A DNA stretch of 64,000 nt from Octopus sinensis (GCF_006345805.1 NC_043005.1:42904001-42968000); one strand, 5' to 3'; positions 12,130 through 25,984 are shown, numbered from the stretch's first letter. Translations and numbers: made by a program. The notes: generated from the letters alone by a model not told the origin.

Positions 12130-13300
12130 AGAGAGTGAAAGACACGGTTGCTATTGTTCCTGAAAAGTTGAAAATCGATGGGTGCATTAAAACTATGTGA
12201 AAATAGGGAATTTAAGACGACTTACTCTTGGAGAAGCAATGACTAGCCGTCATAGAGATTAGTGAAGTGTTTTGAACTTTTGGACACAGTTTGGATGACG
12301 AAAAGAGAAGAAATAATTGTGTTAGGAGTGACTGAGGGACAAGTGGCATGGCACCATGTAGCTTCAATGAGCAGAGACCACATTAATGGCAGCAGAAAAA
12401 ACTGAAAGGAGAGTCAGTGTGTCACAAGTTTCTTTTCTTTAGATGTGGTTTGGATGTCTACGCACGTGTGTAGAAGCAGCACCATCTTGACATCGGTGTG
12501 GTGCTCTCCTATAGCCCACACTAAGGATTTTAGTGTTTTTAGTATTTTCATGTTTTTAAGAGAAAAACCGTCTTTGTAATGCAATTCTGCTATGTTAATG
12601 ATGTGCGTTTCATCAGGAGAGAGTTTCAGTAACGGTGAATGTCAGCATTTTTAGAGACCATGAGGGTTCTAGTCTATATTTTGAGATGAGTGCAACATTT
12701 TCGTGATGTGTGATGAGATTTATCATTGTACCTTTGAAGAGGATAAGATCGGCATGTTATCGAGTTGTCATGTTGTCATAGCACATTATATTTAGAAGAG
12801 AATGGATGAAAACCAAACCTAGGAACAAACAAATTGGTAGAGTTAAGTTCAGCGAAAACTTCTTCAGTATACACAGCAATAAAGTAATCTGACAGAAGCC
12901 ATGGATCAATCAAATAAGAGATAGATGGAGTCTATAGAAATGGGCGAATGCTTTTTTTCATGTCAGTTATAAAAACACTACTTTTACAAATAGATGAAGA
13001 GTTTAGCGTGGATAAGGATTACTCTGGGGAGTATTATCCAGAGTAACGAAATAGGTTTAATCAGTCACAGTGATCTGGCTTCAAGCGAGAAGGCTTTTCT
13101 CACTTGGCGAGTATGTGTACGTGGTGATGAGCTAAGGAAGGGGATAACTGATACTTCAGGGGAATATTTACTGAACGAATGCAGTGTATGTTTCAATGCA
13201 AAGAGGGTAGCAAATTTAGGAGCATTTTCCTCGGAGACTCTACTTACAGAACGTTGATGGTTGAGAAGTAAAGAGAGAGAGGATGGGTTCCAAAAGATTC
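12130..13300 (-). mobile_element. Possible ancient LINE remnant
   Basis: Purine-skewed non-microsatellite stretch with stop-riddled coding-like minus frames and no diagnostic motif. Confidence 0.2.
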
Positions 13301-13329
13301 ATAGAGATTACTTTAAACAAAGACGTATG

Positions 13330-14155
<826 letters not shown>

Positions 14156-14245
14156 ATATATATGTATGTATATATATATATGTATATATATATATGTGTG
14201 TGTGTATATATATATATGTAGCTAGCTCGCTAAATATATATATAT

Positions 14246-14297
<52 letters not shown>

Positions 14298-15774
14298 GAT
14301 TGATGCGTACCAGTTCTTCTGCTGGTCATGTAACGACTAGAAAGAAGCTCACGGAACGCTCGCCAGTTTTACAGTTCTTGTGATGATTGCAGTAATATCT
14401 AAAGCATCGTATAACGAAGTGGCTAACTCATTGAAACATAAGTATCGTGAATATCGATCTGGGGCATAGAGAGCCAAGGACAGATCAATTTACTGGAGCT
14501 CCCTACCACCACCTAAAATAAATCTTCACCGCCTACTTGAGATTTGACCGGAGAGGGACTTGAAAGTACTCTTGTTTCGTCTTGTCAAATTTCTCTCGGT
14601 TTCCCTGGTCATGAATACAGAACATTTTCCATAACAGGATACAATCTACAGTTTTTCAGTCCTTTATTGAATTCAACAGATTCCACTTAAACTGTTACAA
14701 AATTAATTAGATATATAATTGAATTGTAAAAAGGAATTACAGTTTACTCAAATCTATAGGTTTCACTAGAATGTATTCCACTGGCTTGGAAAGAAGTTTT
14801 CTGAAATACTTTCATGAGTGGTGGTTCAGGATCAGACTTAATTTTATATATGTATCCGAAAATAAATCTCACATCGTACGTTGCTTTCAGATGCAAGAGA
14901 AACTGTCGCAATACCGCTACAAAATATATTCTATGTCGTCAGTATCTCTTTTGGGCGAATATGGAAAAGGACATTTCAGAGTTATATTTCACTGCCTTTG
15001 AAAGTATACGAACTGCACACCTTTAGGTTAGTAATGTGCTACTCCATCGACTCGACAGTCTGTGTTTTCTCGTAGCACTAATTATAGGGGGGTAATATCT
15101 GCTTTATTCAGATAGTTACAATGGAAGCAGTCATGGAGAAAATATGATCTAAATAATTTTTGATGAATGTCTGTGTTGGTAGCAGTTTTATGGGAAAGAG
15201 AAGAAAATGAGGTTTGATATTGCGAGTAGGTAAAGGGTGGGAATAGTGATGACAACCTATTGTTTACAAAAATAAAGTAAAGAGTTTATTGAAAGGATGG
15301 GAAAAAAACATAAAAGATATTCTAATTTAGTATTTAACGAGATTAAAGTAATTAATATAAAATCGACGAAACTGATATTAAAATTGTCTTATAAAAGAAA
15401 TCCATTACTAAAATATCCTTTCAAGAGCTTCAGGGTTTAAAGGTCAGTTTTGGAAGGGTAAACAAGCAATCAAAAAGCTATCATTTTTTTTTCTTTGGCG
15501 CAGGGAAGTAACAAAATCCTTGGAGAAAATATTACAGTCGGTTAATCGACGATGAGAGAAACTACTGACTGTACACAGTGGTGTGAAGCGGGAGTATTGT
15601 TATAGAGAAGGGTAATGTAATATAACTATGCTAACATGGGGATGAGAGTTCAAATCTATTCATGATCTAATATAATTTTTTGTTTTCTTCTCGAGGAAAA
15701 AATATTAAAAATTACACTACTCTTGGTCAAAATATCTCCACTTTATGACAATCAATAAAACTAAAAGGCAGAAC

Positions 15775-16110
15775 TGTTCTTAATTATTGGAATCACCTTA
15801 AAACATTGAAACTTTTATTCACTTCAACGCCGCCATGAGCGCTACATCATTTGCACAAGACTATACCACCATCATTGCCCAAATGACCTTACCATTAGAT
15901 TCAGAATTCATACAAAGCTGGGGCCACGTGCCGTGTTTTCCCCTACATAATTCAGGCTCGAGAAAATATAAAGTCACTGCAACATAATTTCTTTTCAACA
16001 AGAGGTGGTCCTCAATCGGTCGTTTTAAAACTTATATAAGTAAAGACTTTAGAACATCCATTGCTAATGCTCAAGGAGCTTGAAAAACACAGCATTCACA
16101 ATTTTGTTTG
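15775..16110 (+). mobile_element. CR1/L2-type LINE ORF2 3' fragment
   Basis: LNYWNHLKTLKL-YSLQRRHERYII..RIHTKLGPRA..SLQHNFFSTRG across frameshifts. Confidence 0.7.
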
Positions 16111-16620
16111 GCACAAATATAAATAATCCTTCCTTCTGTATGCACAGGGACTGAAGTTTTGGTGATAGGGGTCTTTAGTTGATTACATCGATCCCAGTGC
16201 TTAAATTGTACTTATATCTATTTCTTTACTACCCACAAGGGGCTAAACATAGAGGGGACAAACAAGGACAGACACACGGATTAAGTCGATTAAATCAACC
16301 CCAGTGGGTAACTGGTACTTAATTTATCGACCCCGAAAGGATGAAAGGCAAAGTCGACCTCGGTGGAATTTGAACACAGAACGTAACGGCAGGCAAAATA
16401 CGGCTACGCATTTCTCCCGGCGCGCTAACGTTTCTGCCAGCTCGCTGCCTTAATTGTACTTTTATCATCGACCCTGAGAGGATGAAAAGCAAGGTCAACA
16501 TCGGAGGAATTTGAACTCAGAACGTAAAGACTGGCAAGATGCCGGTAAGCATTTTGTCGTAAAGACGGACGAAATGCCGCTAAGCATTTTGCGCTAGTTC
16601 GCCACGTTAGTTACAAGTAT
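16110..16620 (-). mobile_element. Cluster of SINE family A copies
   Basis: Several reverse-strand heads, bodies and one tail. Confidence 0.8.
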
Positions 16621-17217
16621 GAATAATAAAACAAGGTAAGCGATAGTTTTAAATGTTAATCTATATTTTAAACATTAAGCAGTTTTGTGTGCCAGAAATT
16701 TCAATTGATTTTCTATGTACTGAGAAGCTAAAATGATTATGAAACACTGATATAAAGGAAGCTTCATGTTGTTGGTTTGTCTTCTGTAAACCTTAATTTG
16801 GAAGCTCTGTAATCAAAGACGTTGCAGTCATTGCCATCTCAACATTGTGTCTCAGGCAGCGAGCATGTAAGACGCAAATAAAACTACAGCCGTCACTCGA
16901 AATCGAGGATACTTTTAGGAGTATGTGCCAGACTTTTGCCAATTGCTTCAGGGAGCTCGTGTAATCGCGAGCAAACTTGGGTACCTTCTGGGCCTTAATT
17001 CACGTGATCTTGTGGAACATTCAAGACACGACAGCTGGAGGAAGATACTGTTTTGCCAGTTGTTGTTTCCAAAAGAATGTAAAGCAAAATTGACTCACGT
17101 AGAATTTGAACCCAGATCGTGGAGAGCCGGAACAAATATATTATAAAGCATTTCATCCGATGCTCTAATCGGCGGCACTGCATCCAGAACGACAATATCT
17201 TAACTTGTCCTTTTAAA

Positions 17218-17420
17218 GGCGGTGAGCGGGCAGGGTCGATGGGATGCCGAGTAAAATGCATATCGGCATTTCATTTATCACGTTCTGAGTTCAAATTCTG
17301 CCGAGGTCGTCATTTTCTGAGATCGATAAAACAAATGACAGTTGAGAACCGGGGCCGATGTAATCGACTTACCTGTTTCTCCGAAATTGCTGAACTTAAG
17401 CAAACAATTTGAAACCTATC
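17218..17420 (+). mobile_element. SINE family A, diverged
   Basis: aggcggtgagcgggcag..gttctgagttcaaattctgccgaggtcg. Confidence 0.7.
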
Positions 17421-17887
17421 TAATTTAATCTTCTTTCAAGGCGGAAGCGTGTGCTTTGGGGGAAATTTAGTAGCCATTTCTAGTAGGTGAAGCGACGACA
17501 CGTCTGTCTTGTTAGCCTATTTTGTTAGCCTATTTCGACAACCATCTTGACTAGTTCGGAGGTCTGTGCCAGTGAGAGCTGAGTGTCTTTGCAATGGAAA
17601 GAGACAGCAAGGACCGTAACGAAATACGAATCGTTGCACTTGCCCAGCAGCGACTAAATAAATACAGGTGACACAATGACGTTCAAAAAAGAAAAAAAAA
17701 ATTAATAAAACCCGTCTCAAATGAAATTGCATTTCAACTTTCTAATATATTAGTCTATATATATTGTTATGGGGGGATATATATTTATATTGGCGTTCGT
17801 TCTAGTGCCATTAGACGAAGTGTAGCGAAACCAAATATGCTAGTTCTACTAGAAATTTCGATATAAATAATAAAGACTTCACTTTCA

Positions 17888-18183
17888 CTGTTGCTGCTGC
17901 TGCTGATGATGCTGATGCTGATGATGATGGTGATGGTGATGCTGCTCCATGTAGCGTGAAAGAAAATGCCGATGTTGCTTTATTAGTTTGTTCTCTGATA
18001 CCAGTAGCAAATAGTGAAATTGTAATGTACAATAGCGCTGGATGTAGTTTATAATATGACGAAGAAATATCTCATTACATTGACAGGAACAGCACAGCAG
18101 CAGCAGCAGCAGCAGCAACAACAACAACAATAGCAGTAGTAGCAGCGGTAGCAACGGCGGCGGTAGTAGTAGCAGCAGCAGCT

Positions 18184-18220
<37 letters not shown>

Positions 18221-18246
18221 TGGTAGTAGTAGTAATAGTAGTAGTG

Positions 18247-18296
<50 letters not shown>

Positions 18297-18730
18297 GGCG
18301 GCGGCGGCAGTAGTAGTAGTAGTAGTAGTAGTAGTGGGTGGCGGCGGCGGTGGAAGCGGAGGAGGAGGACGAGACGGAAGAAGAAGATGAAGAAGAAGTT
18401 TTTAGCCCCATTCGACCTTGCTCGAGCAGGCCCATGACCCAAGGCCTTCCCAGCTGCGACAGCCCTTATTTATTTATTTATTTATCTATTTATTTTCAGG
18501 TTTATTATATCCCAGACTCCATTATCCAATATGTCCTATTTTTAAAGACTTGCAGTGTACGTATGATGATATGATGAGAGATTATTCGACTGCTGCTGTT
18601 TCTTGTGACTAGGTCGAGCAAACCACGTAGCAGCGGCGACGGCGGCAGCAATGGCGACGGCGGCAGCAATGGCGACGGCGGCAGCAATGGCGACGACAGT
18701 GATGGCGGCGGCGGCTGCAGTAGCAGCATT
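17888..18730. repeat. Compound trinucleotide region (CTG/GAT/CAG/CAA/TAG/GGC/GAG/GAA) and GC-rich 18-bp minisatellite
   Basis: Directly visible. ggcgacggcggcagcaat occurs three times at about 18636-18690. Confidence 0.9.
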
Positions 18731-19159
18731 AGGCTGTGTTTGAAGTACTATGGCCCAGGCATCAATAATTGAACTTTTGTAATTAAACTGTAACTGGCAG
18801 CTGATAGAGAATGTCTTCTATAATTTATCGTAGTTTCAGCGTCTGGCGAGATGCTAGACATGGAAAGAGTGTCTCACTGTGCTGTAGTTGTTACAGTATT
18901 TCAGAATGGTTATTGCTTCCATTCTTTGCCTTTCTGCCATGTAATATTTGGTCAGTTCGTCTTTTACCACCGTACTACTTGTCAATGGTAGTTGGCATCG
19001 CGACCACGTTGACACGAGTTCGATGCTACTAATGTATGGGCAATGATGTCTTATGGCTAGAATTTGGCAGACGGAAACTATACAGAAACCCTCTGCGTGC
19101 ATATGTGTGTGTGTGTGTGTGTATGTGTGTGTGTGTTGTGCATATGTGTGTGTGTATAT

Positions 19160-19610
19160 TCTTTTATTCTTTTTCTTATTTCAGTCAGTTGACTTCGGCC
19201 GTGCTGGAGCACCGCCTTTAGTCGAACAAATCGACCCCAGGACTTATACTTTGTAACCCTAGTATGTATGTATGTATGTATGTATGTATGTATGTATGTA
19301 TGTATGTATGTATGTATGTATGTATGTATGTATGTATGTATGTATGTGTGTATATATGTATGTATGTTTGTATATTAGCATCTATGTACAGATTTGTATG
19401 TATGTATGTATGTATGTATGGTGACATTAAACTCATGACTGAGTAAGACCATTTACTATACTCAGTAAGCCCGCGAAAACGTCTCGAGAGTCGATGACGT
19501 TTCTGAGCATGAATTCGTTTTAAGCGGATAAATTTTTGCCGAACGCCTAAGTTACGGGACGTAAAAACACCAAAACACCAACGTCGGCTGTCAAGTGACA
19601 GTGAGGGGGC
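19160..19610 (-). mobile_element. SINE family B interrupted by an insertion at 19265-19535
   Basis: Family B reverse sequence stops at cctagta (19264) and resumes at tttttgccgaac (about 19534). Confidence 0.8.
19265..19539 (-). mobile_element. 5'-truncated non-autonomous element sharing the 3' tail of the (TACA)n-associated R4/Dong LINE
   Basis: 19420-19539 is the reverse complement of 19831-19950. The tail catacaaatctgtacatagatgc resembles the LINE 3' UTR at 36930. Confidence 0.75.
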
Positions 19611-19779
19611 AATATACATGATTACATACACAAACATATACAAATATACATACATATATACGTCTTTCTCTCTCTTTCCCTCTATCTCAGTTTTCCTCCT
19701 TCTAGAAGATAAACTCGCAGGTTAAATTCGTTTTAAAAAAACTTGATGAGCAATTAGTTTCTGGTCATCTAAACCTCTG

Positions 19780-20200
19780 CTGTGCCGCTGGTTATATAGT
19801 TGGTTGCGCTGAAAGTAGGTTCGATGTTGTGCAAAAATTTATCCTCTTAAAACGAATTCATGCGCAGAAACGTCTTCGACTTTCGAAACGTTTTCGCGGG
19901 CTTACTGAGTTTAGTAAATGGTCTTACACAGTCATAAGTTTAATTTCACCATACATACATACATACATACATACATACATACATACATACATACATACAT
20001 AAAACATACAAATCTGTACATAGATGCAAGCATACAAACATAAATACATACATACATACATACATACATACATACATACATACATACATACATACAAAAA
20101 TACCCTGTTGTTGATGTTGAAATTCCATTGAAGGAGGCTTAGATCTAGTTAGAAACCGATTCTTTCTCTATTGGCAAGAAATCTTGAAATAAACAGAATA
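19780..20200 (+). mobile_element. Non-autonomous (SINE-like) element with the R4/Dong LINE 3' tail
   Basis: Unique non-coding 5' part, then (TACA)n blocks, aaaacatacaaatctg and tctttctctattggcaagaaatcttgaaata, as in the LINE at 36925-37085. Confidence 0.75.
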
Positions 20201-20294
20201 ATGACATACATACATGCATACATACATACACACATACATACATGCATACATACATACACACACACATACATACATACATACATACATACATACA

Positions 20295-20325
<31 letters not shown>

Positions 20326-20512
20326 GTATGTATGTATTTTTGTTCCCTTCTTTTTTATTTTAGAGTAAATTTTGACCTGCCACCTACATCGTAGCAAGGT
20401 TCTGAAGGAAAGTATCTAGGTTTAACCATCATCCTTTAAATCCCAAGAAAGTCTTGCAGATGTTTATACTCCCAGATATCGAGATCATTTGTAGCATATG
20501 AATGAAGGATTT
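20326..20512 (-). mobile_element. 3' end of a second R4/Dong-like LINE subfamily in (TACA)n
   Basis: FIHMLQMISISGSINICKTFLGF* parallels LQIQSITxTVKICKTFQKF* at 36810-36870. Flanked by TATG repeats on both sides. Confidence 0.7.
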
Positions 20513-23500
20513 GTATGTATGTATGTATGTATGTACGTATGTATGTATGTATGTATGTATGTATGTATGTATGTATGTATGTATGTATGTATGTATGTAT
20601 GTATGTATGTATGTATCCATGTATGTATGGATACACATGCACACACACTTGTGTGATTTGCTCAGGAACGTCGCAATTTAAATTGACTGGAATTAATTAA
20701 ATATTAAATACAATGGTGAGAAAAATCTTTAACACTATCGCAGTAACTCAAGATATGTTCTGGTCGTAATACACCTCATGAGAGAAGCATGGAAACTGCA
20801 ACTTGAAAATCTTAGAATGACTACAGAAAATATAAGATTTTAGTGAACGAACACAGAAGGCGTGATAACTGAAAGAAATAAGTGACAGAAATTATTTAGG
20901 AATATCTGATACCTAAAACCTTTATAATCTTGGACATAATGACTGTTTTCATTACTAGTCATACCTTAAATTAATTAACAAATAATAAAATTACTACATG
21001 TATTCTATCACCCACTTTGTTATTAAGCCTTCAAGCAGCAAGTATATTTGGGTATTTCTATAATCAAATCATGAAACCCTCGTTAGTCTGTGTTTCACTA
21101 CTGAGGTGCAATAAATCTGAAATATACCCAGAGTTGTCACCATAATGCTGAAGAGCAGATACACCATCTGCTATCTAATGTATTCTAATAAAAACACTAG
21201 GCAACAAAATTTTTGCTACTATTAGACGAAATGGTACTCATATGTAATTTGTGAGCGCTGGTTCCGAATCTGCAATCATTTTTGCTCTAGCACGTCACGT
21301 TTTTGCGCTATCAAAATTACAATAATGTAAAAATTCATGACAAATAAAATGAATGTTATGTTAAGCGTAAATTACCTTTATTTGATATAAGAACAATAGC
21401 AACTAGATGGACAAGTAGCTCTAAAACCAATAAAACACTTAACAAAATTGTAAAGTGAAAAATTATTAATTTTATGTTTTTAAAAATAGCTTTGGAGTCT
21501 TCTTTTACGCTTACGTTGTATGTCCGTTACTCGTTTTAAAAACCAGCAGTAGTCAGTCAGCATGTTTGGTGTAAGTCTGCCACTGTAACAGCTTTCTAGC
21601 TCTTTGATTTCTTGATGAAATTGTTCATCATGCTCATCGCTTATGTCACCCATATTGGGTGGAAAAAAGTCAAGATGAGAGTGGAGAATATGGATTTTTA
21701 AAGACATTCTTGCTCCAAGTTGCTTTTAAGCTTTCAAAAAATCATTCACAATCGCAACGTAGTTAGATGATTTTTCATTTCCCCAAAAATCTTTTCCAGA
21801 GAAACAAACTTTTCCCAAGCAGTTTTTTTCCCTCTAGTGGGCTTAAGTTTTCTTGAAAAAGCTTATCACAAATCAGTGTACGAATTTCTGGTCCATTAAA
21901 AATACCAGCTTTGATCTTAGCTTCACTCTTGCTAAAAACAAATTTTTCACTGAGATATTTGAATCCTTCACCGTCTTCCTTCATGGCCTTAACAAAATTC
22001 TTAAACAAACCAAGTTTAATGTGTAAGACGGTAGAAAGGTAAATTTTCTGAGAGTCAACTAAAAGGATATATTCAACGTTGTATCTCCCTGGAATGAAAT
22101 CACTTCGCTTTGGCCACTCTTTTTGATCATAGTGACGCTTGTCATCTTTGCTATTCCAAAGGCACAAAAAGCACTAATGCTCTGTATACCCCATTTGCAA
22201 CCCAAGAAGCAAACCAATGACTTTCAAGTCACCGCATATATTCCACTTGTGCTGAGACTATTTAATCAAATGCAAAATTTTATCCATTTTTTCATAAGTT
22301 TCCTTTAATCCTACAGCTTATGCTAGTGGTATTGAAGGTCTTTGATTGCCATTATGCAGCAAAACAGCTTTTAGGCTTGCTTTGCTAGAATCTATGAACA
22401 GTCTCCATTCTTCAGGATTATGGCCGTACCACATCTCGCGTAGGAGTCCTTCAACATCACAACAAAAACAAATAGCATCTTTCTCCGTAAAAAAATTCAT
22501 GCAATTCTGTTTGCGGTTTTCGAAAATATAAGCATTTTACACCATCGTGCAAAAGATTCCATTGTTTCAGCCTGGAGCCCAGTAGTTCTGACTTTTCTTT
22601 TGTTAAATCCAAGTCTTTAACTAAATCATTAAACCCAAGTTGACTTAATAAATGAGGAACTTTTTTTGAAGATCTTGGTTCATCTCAGTGATCTACTGTA
22701 TCACTCGGCACGCCTTCAATTGAAGTAAATGCAGTACTTTCTTCACTTAAACTGTCTTTGTCAAAAGATGGAGGAGGTTCTGGAATTGGAATATTTTCAG
22801 CAGCATGAGCAACTGGTTTTAAAGCTGAAGGGCAATCTGGATAAACAATCTTGGATTTGTTCTTCTTAGCGAAACTTGTGATGTTTGTTAAGCAGAAATA
22901 ACAAACGGTATAGTGGTCTGTTGATCCGTGTCATATGATTTTCCGTTTTCCACTTAGCCATTGGGTTAATGCTGTGTAGCAGTATTTGCAAAAAAAAAAA
23001 AAAAAACATTAAGCGCCCCCAATTTATCTTGGTCCCCAACTTTGCACCCAAAGTAAAGCTTGTAAGCATTTTAAAAGTTCTTTCTAAGCTTATTTCTCTG
23101 ATCCTTTGTCGTAAATTTTCCACACAGGTAACAAAAGCTGTCCGGATGATTAATACAAACCTTTCTGCACATCGTAAATACATACAGTAATAACCTAAAG
23201 CAACACTCAAGGAAGCCTATCAGTAACCGAAAATATAAAATTAATCAACTGTAAATGTTACTGTAAAACATCAAAATATATTTCTCAATGGCTATCACGA
23301 AACAATATTTTCCATCTCTAAATTTTAAACATTGATCACTTTAATAAATAACTAAACTTACCACTAAACTACTGTTCATATAACCTGGCTCTCTTATTTG
23401 ATGTCCTTTGTTTTAACAGCACTAGCAGTTATCAAGAAAAGGGAGTCTGAGTGGCTTACTATAACCTAATATCAATAGCCTACTGTGAGGAGAACTTAAC

Positions 23501-23654
23501 AATAATTACAGCGATAACAAAGTAAAATAAATTCTAATCTTGTGTGGCAATTTAACAGGTAGCGTACATTTCCCTCTACATGAATGAAAATCGTATGGTG
23601 AATATATAAATAAAAATCGAAGGCAAATAGCCTACTACTGTCAATATTATCCAT

Positions 23655-23810
23655 TGGCTAATTCCACCGAGGTCGAGATTGCCTTTTATCCTTTCGGGGT
23701 TGATAAATTAAGTACCAGTTGCGTGCTGGTTCGATCTAATCGACTGGCCTCCCACCCGCAAAATTTCGGGCCGTGTGCCATGAGTAGAAAAGAATATTAT
23801 CCATTGGTTG
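23655..23810 (+). mobile_element. SINE family A body nested in the Chapaev3-like element
   Basis: aattccaccgaggtcgagattgccttttatcctttcgggg..agtaccag. Confidence 0.8.
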
Positions 23811-24063
23811 GAAAATCTGAAGCTGTGAATAAAAAAAAAAAACTACAAGTGCTGTCTGAAAACTGATGTCAGATTCGGATTCAGCACCGTAAAATTACCC
23901 TCAATCATCTGAAAAAGTTTAAATATCATGACAAAATACATATATATATATATAGTTATCCGTAATAATGAAGGGTGAAATTAATTAATTAATTTGGAAT
24001 AATTATCAATTACACCAAGTAGTCTTCGGCATGTAAAAGCCTCATTCGAGGAAAATTTAAGTA

Positions 24064-24303
24064 ATACTAAGCAATAAAGGGTTTAGCAACGAATTGCCTT
24101 ACCACATACCGAATTTAGAAATAGCAGTCAAAGAGTTATAGCTATTTCTTCTACAGGTAACCTGTTTGTGTCTGCCTTCCAATTGCTGTTTTTACTGAGA
24201 TCTCCCTTTTTAGTAGAAGAAATAGCTATAACTCTTTGACTGCTATTTCTAAATTCGGTATGTGGTAAGGCAATTCGTTGCTAAACCCTTTATTGCTTAG
24301 TAT
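24064..24303. repeat. Perfect 91-bp inverted repeat with 58-bp spacer
   Basis: 24064-24154 equals the reverse complement of 24213-24303 base for base. Confidence 0.95.
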
Positions 24304-24511
24304 ATATATATATATATATTTTTTTTTTTTTTACCCAGTGTAATTAATCAAAATCAGTGCAATTAATCAAATACATTACTGCCTACTTGATTATAGAGTT
24401 TCCTTACTGCTGGCGTACCTCGATATTTCACACCACACGCACGCACACGCGCGTGCGCACACACACACACTAACACACACACACTAACACACACACATGC
24501 ACACGCATATC

Positions 24512-25075
24512 TTTATCTTGTTTCAGTCATTACGCAACTTGTTTCGGTCATTTTACTTGTTTCAGTCATTACGCAACGGCCATGATGGGGCCCCGTCTTG
24601 AGTAATTTTAGTCGAACTAATCGACCCCAGTAATTTTTTTTTTCAAGCCTGGTATTAATTCCATCGGAGGCTTTTTGCCGAGCCGCTAAGTTATGGGGAG
24701 GTAAACACAACAATACCAGTTGTCAAACGGTGGCAGGAGACAAGCGGGCTCACACATACACACATACACTCACACACAGAGACAACACACACACACACAC
24801 ATACACACACATACATACACACACATACATACACACTCATACATACATATATATATATGTGTATATATATATGTGTATATATATATATATATATTATATA
24901 TATATATATATATAATATATATATATATAAAGAGCTTTCTTTAGTTTTCCTCTTCCAAGTCCTCTTAGAAAGCTTTGGTCGGTCCGAGGCCAAAGCTTGT
25001 CAAGATGCCACACAGTGGAACTGAACCTGGAACCGTGTGATAGGGAAACAACATTTTTACCATACACCCCCGCCG
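24512..25075 (-). mobile_element. SINE family B with expanded internal microsatellite and duplicated tail
   Basis: Reverse complement of family B; cttgtttcagtcattacgcaac is duplicated. Confidence 0.8.
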
Positions 25076-25358
25076 GTGCATATAATATATAATTCATTTT
25101 GGGAACGGTGAAACGCGAAGCAGATAAAGCTATAGATAATAACTTATAAACACTGGGTTCAAAAACTCTTACGATTGTAAAAGTCAAAGGTTACCCGTAG
25201 AACATCAACAAGATGCGTGTGTATGTATGCGTGTGTGTGTGTATAGTTTATAATAATATATATATGTATAAATATGTCTGTCTGTGTATATGCGTGTGTT
25301 TGTGTGTGTGTGTAGTTTATAATAATATATATATATGTATAAATATGTCTGTCTGTGT

Positions 25359-25399
<41 letters not shown>

Positions 25400-25984
25400 T
25401 GTGTCTGTGTGTCTGTATGTGTGTGTCTGTGTGTGTCTGTGTCTGTGATTTGATGTAGAAATCTATTATCTCCAACAACAACGACAAGAGCAACAACACA
25501 ACCATCGGAATGAAATTAATAATGTAACAGTAAACCTAAAGACTGCCACAGCGACAAAGTACTTTACGGAATACCATGTGTAAAACACATTACTTATGAA
25601 TATAGTAATAGAATATCTTAAATTAGCTACACCCTAACGTTATCTTCTGAATTACACTTGTGCTGACACCAGCGAATCTAATTAAAGTCGTATTAACTGC
25701 GTCGTTTATGCACTGAACATTCGACTTAACATTTTCGCAACGCTTCGAAATCTTTGACATTGCTTTAGTTTAAAGTTAGTTATTTGTCAGCATGAAAGCC
25801 CAGATGAAGGGATAACGTTGTCAAAACTCTATCTTCTGTCACTTAGCTTTAGAAGTGTGATCACAGCATGAGGATAAATAGAGTAGAGTACTACACACAC
25901 GTATACATACACACAAACAAGCACACGCACACACATCCGCAGACATACACACACACATCCACATATATATGCTTAGACATAGAT

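Larger units (their letters stand above)
21195..24340 (-). mobile_element. Chapaev3-like (CMC) DNA transposon with disrupted transposase and nested insertions
   Basis: Termini CACTAGGCAA (21195) and TTACCCAGTG (24340). The minus strand 21480-23210 reads CYFCLTNI..WRLFIDSSKASLKAVLLHNGN..ICGDLKV..HIKLGLFKNFVKAM..MSLKIHILHSHLDFF..SDEHDEQFHQ, with stops and frameshifts. Family assignment rests on recalled motifs. Confidence 0.85.

Noticed and set aside
15829-15995. Perfect Kozak gccgccATG with a 52-codon ORF
   Set aside because: It lies inside the CR1-type LINE fragment, whose frame (QRRHERY) explains the sequence.
17885-18574. Poly-Q/H/A/E/L ORFs resembling a transcription factor
   Set aside because: Compound trinucleotide tract attached to a family E repeat tail; no domain and no consistent splice context.
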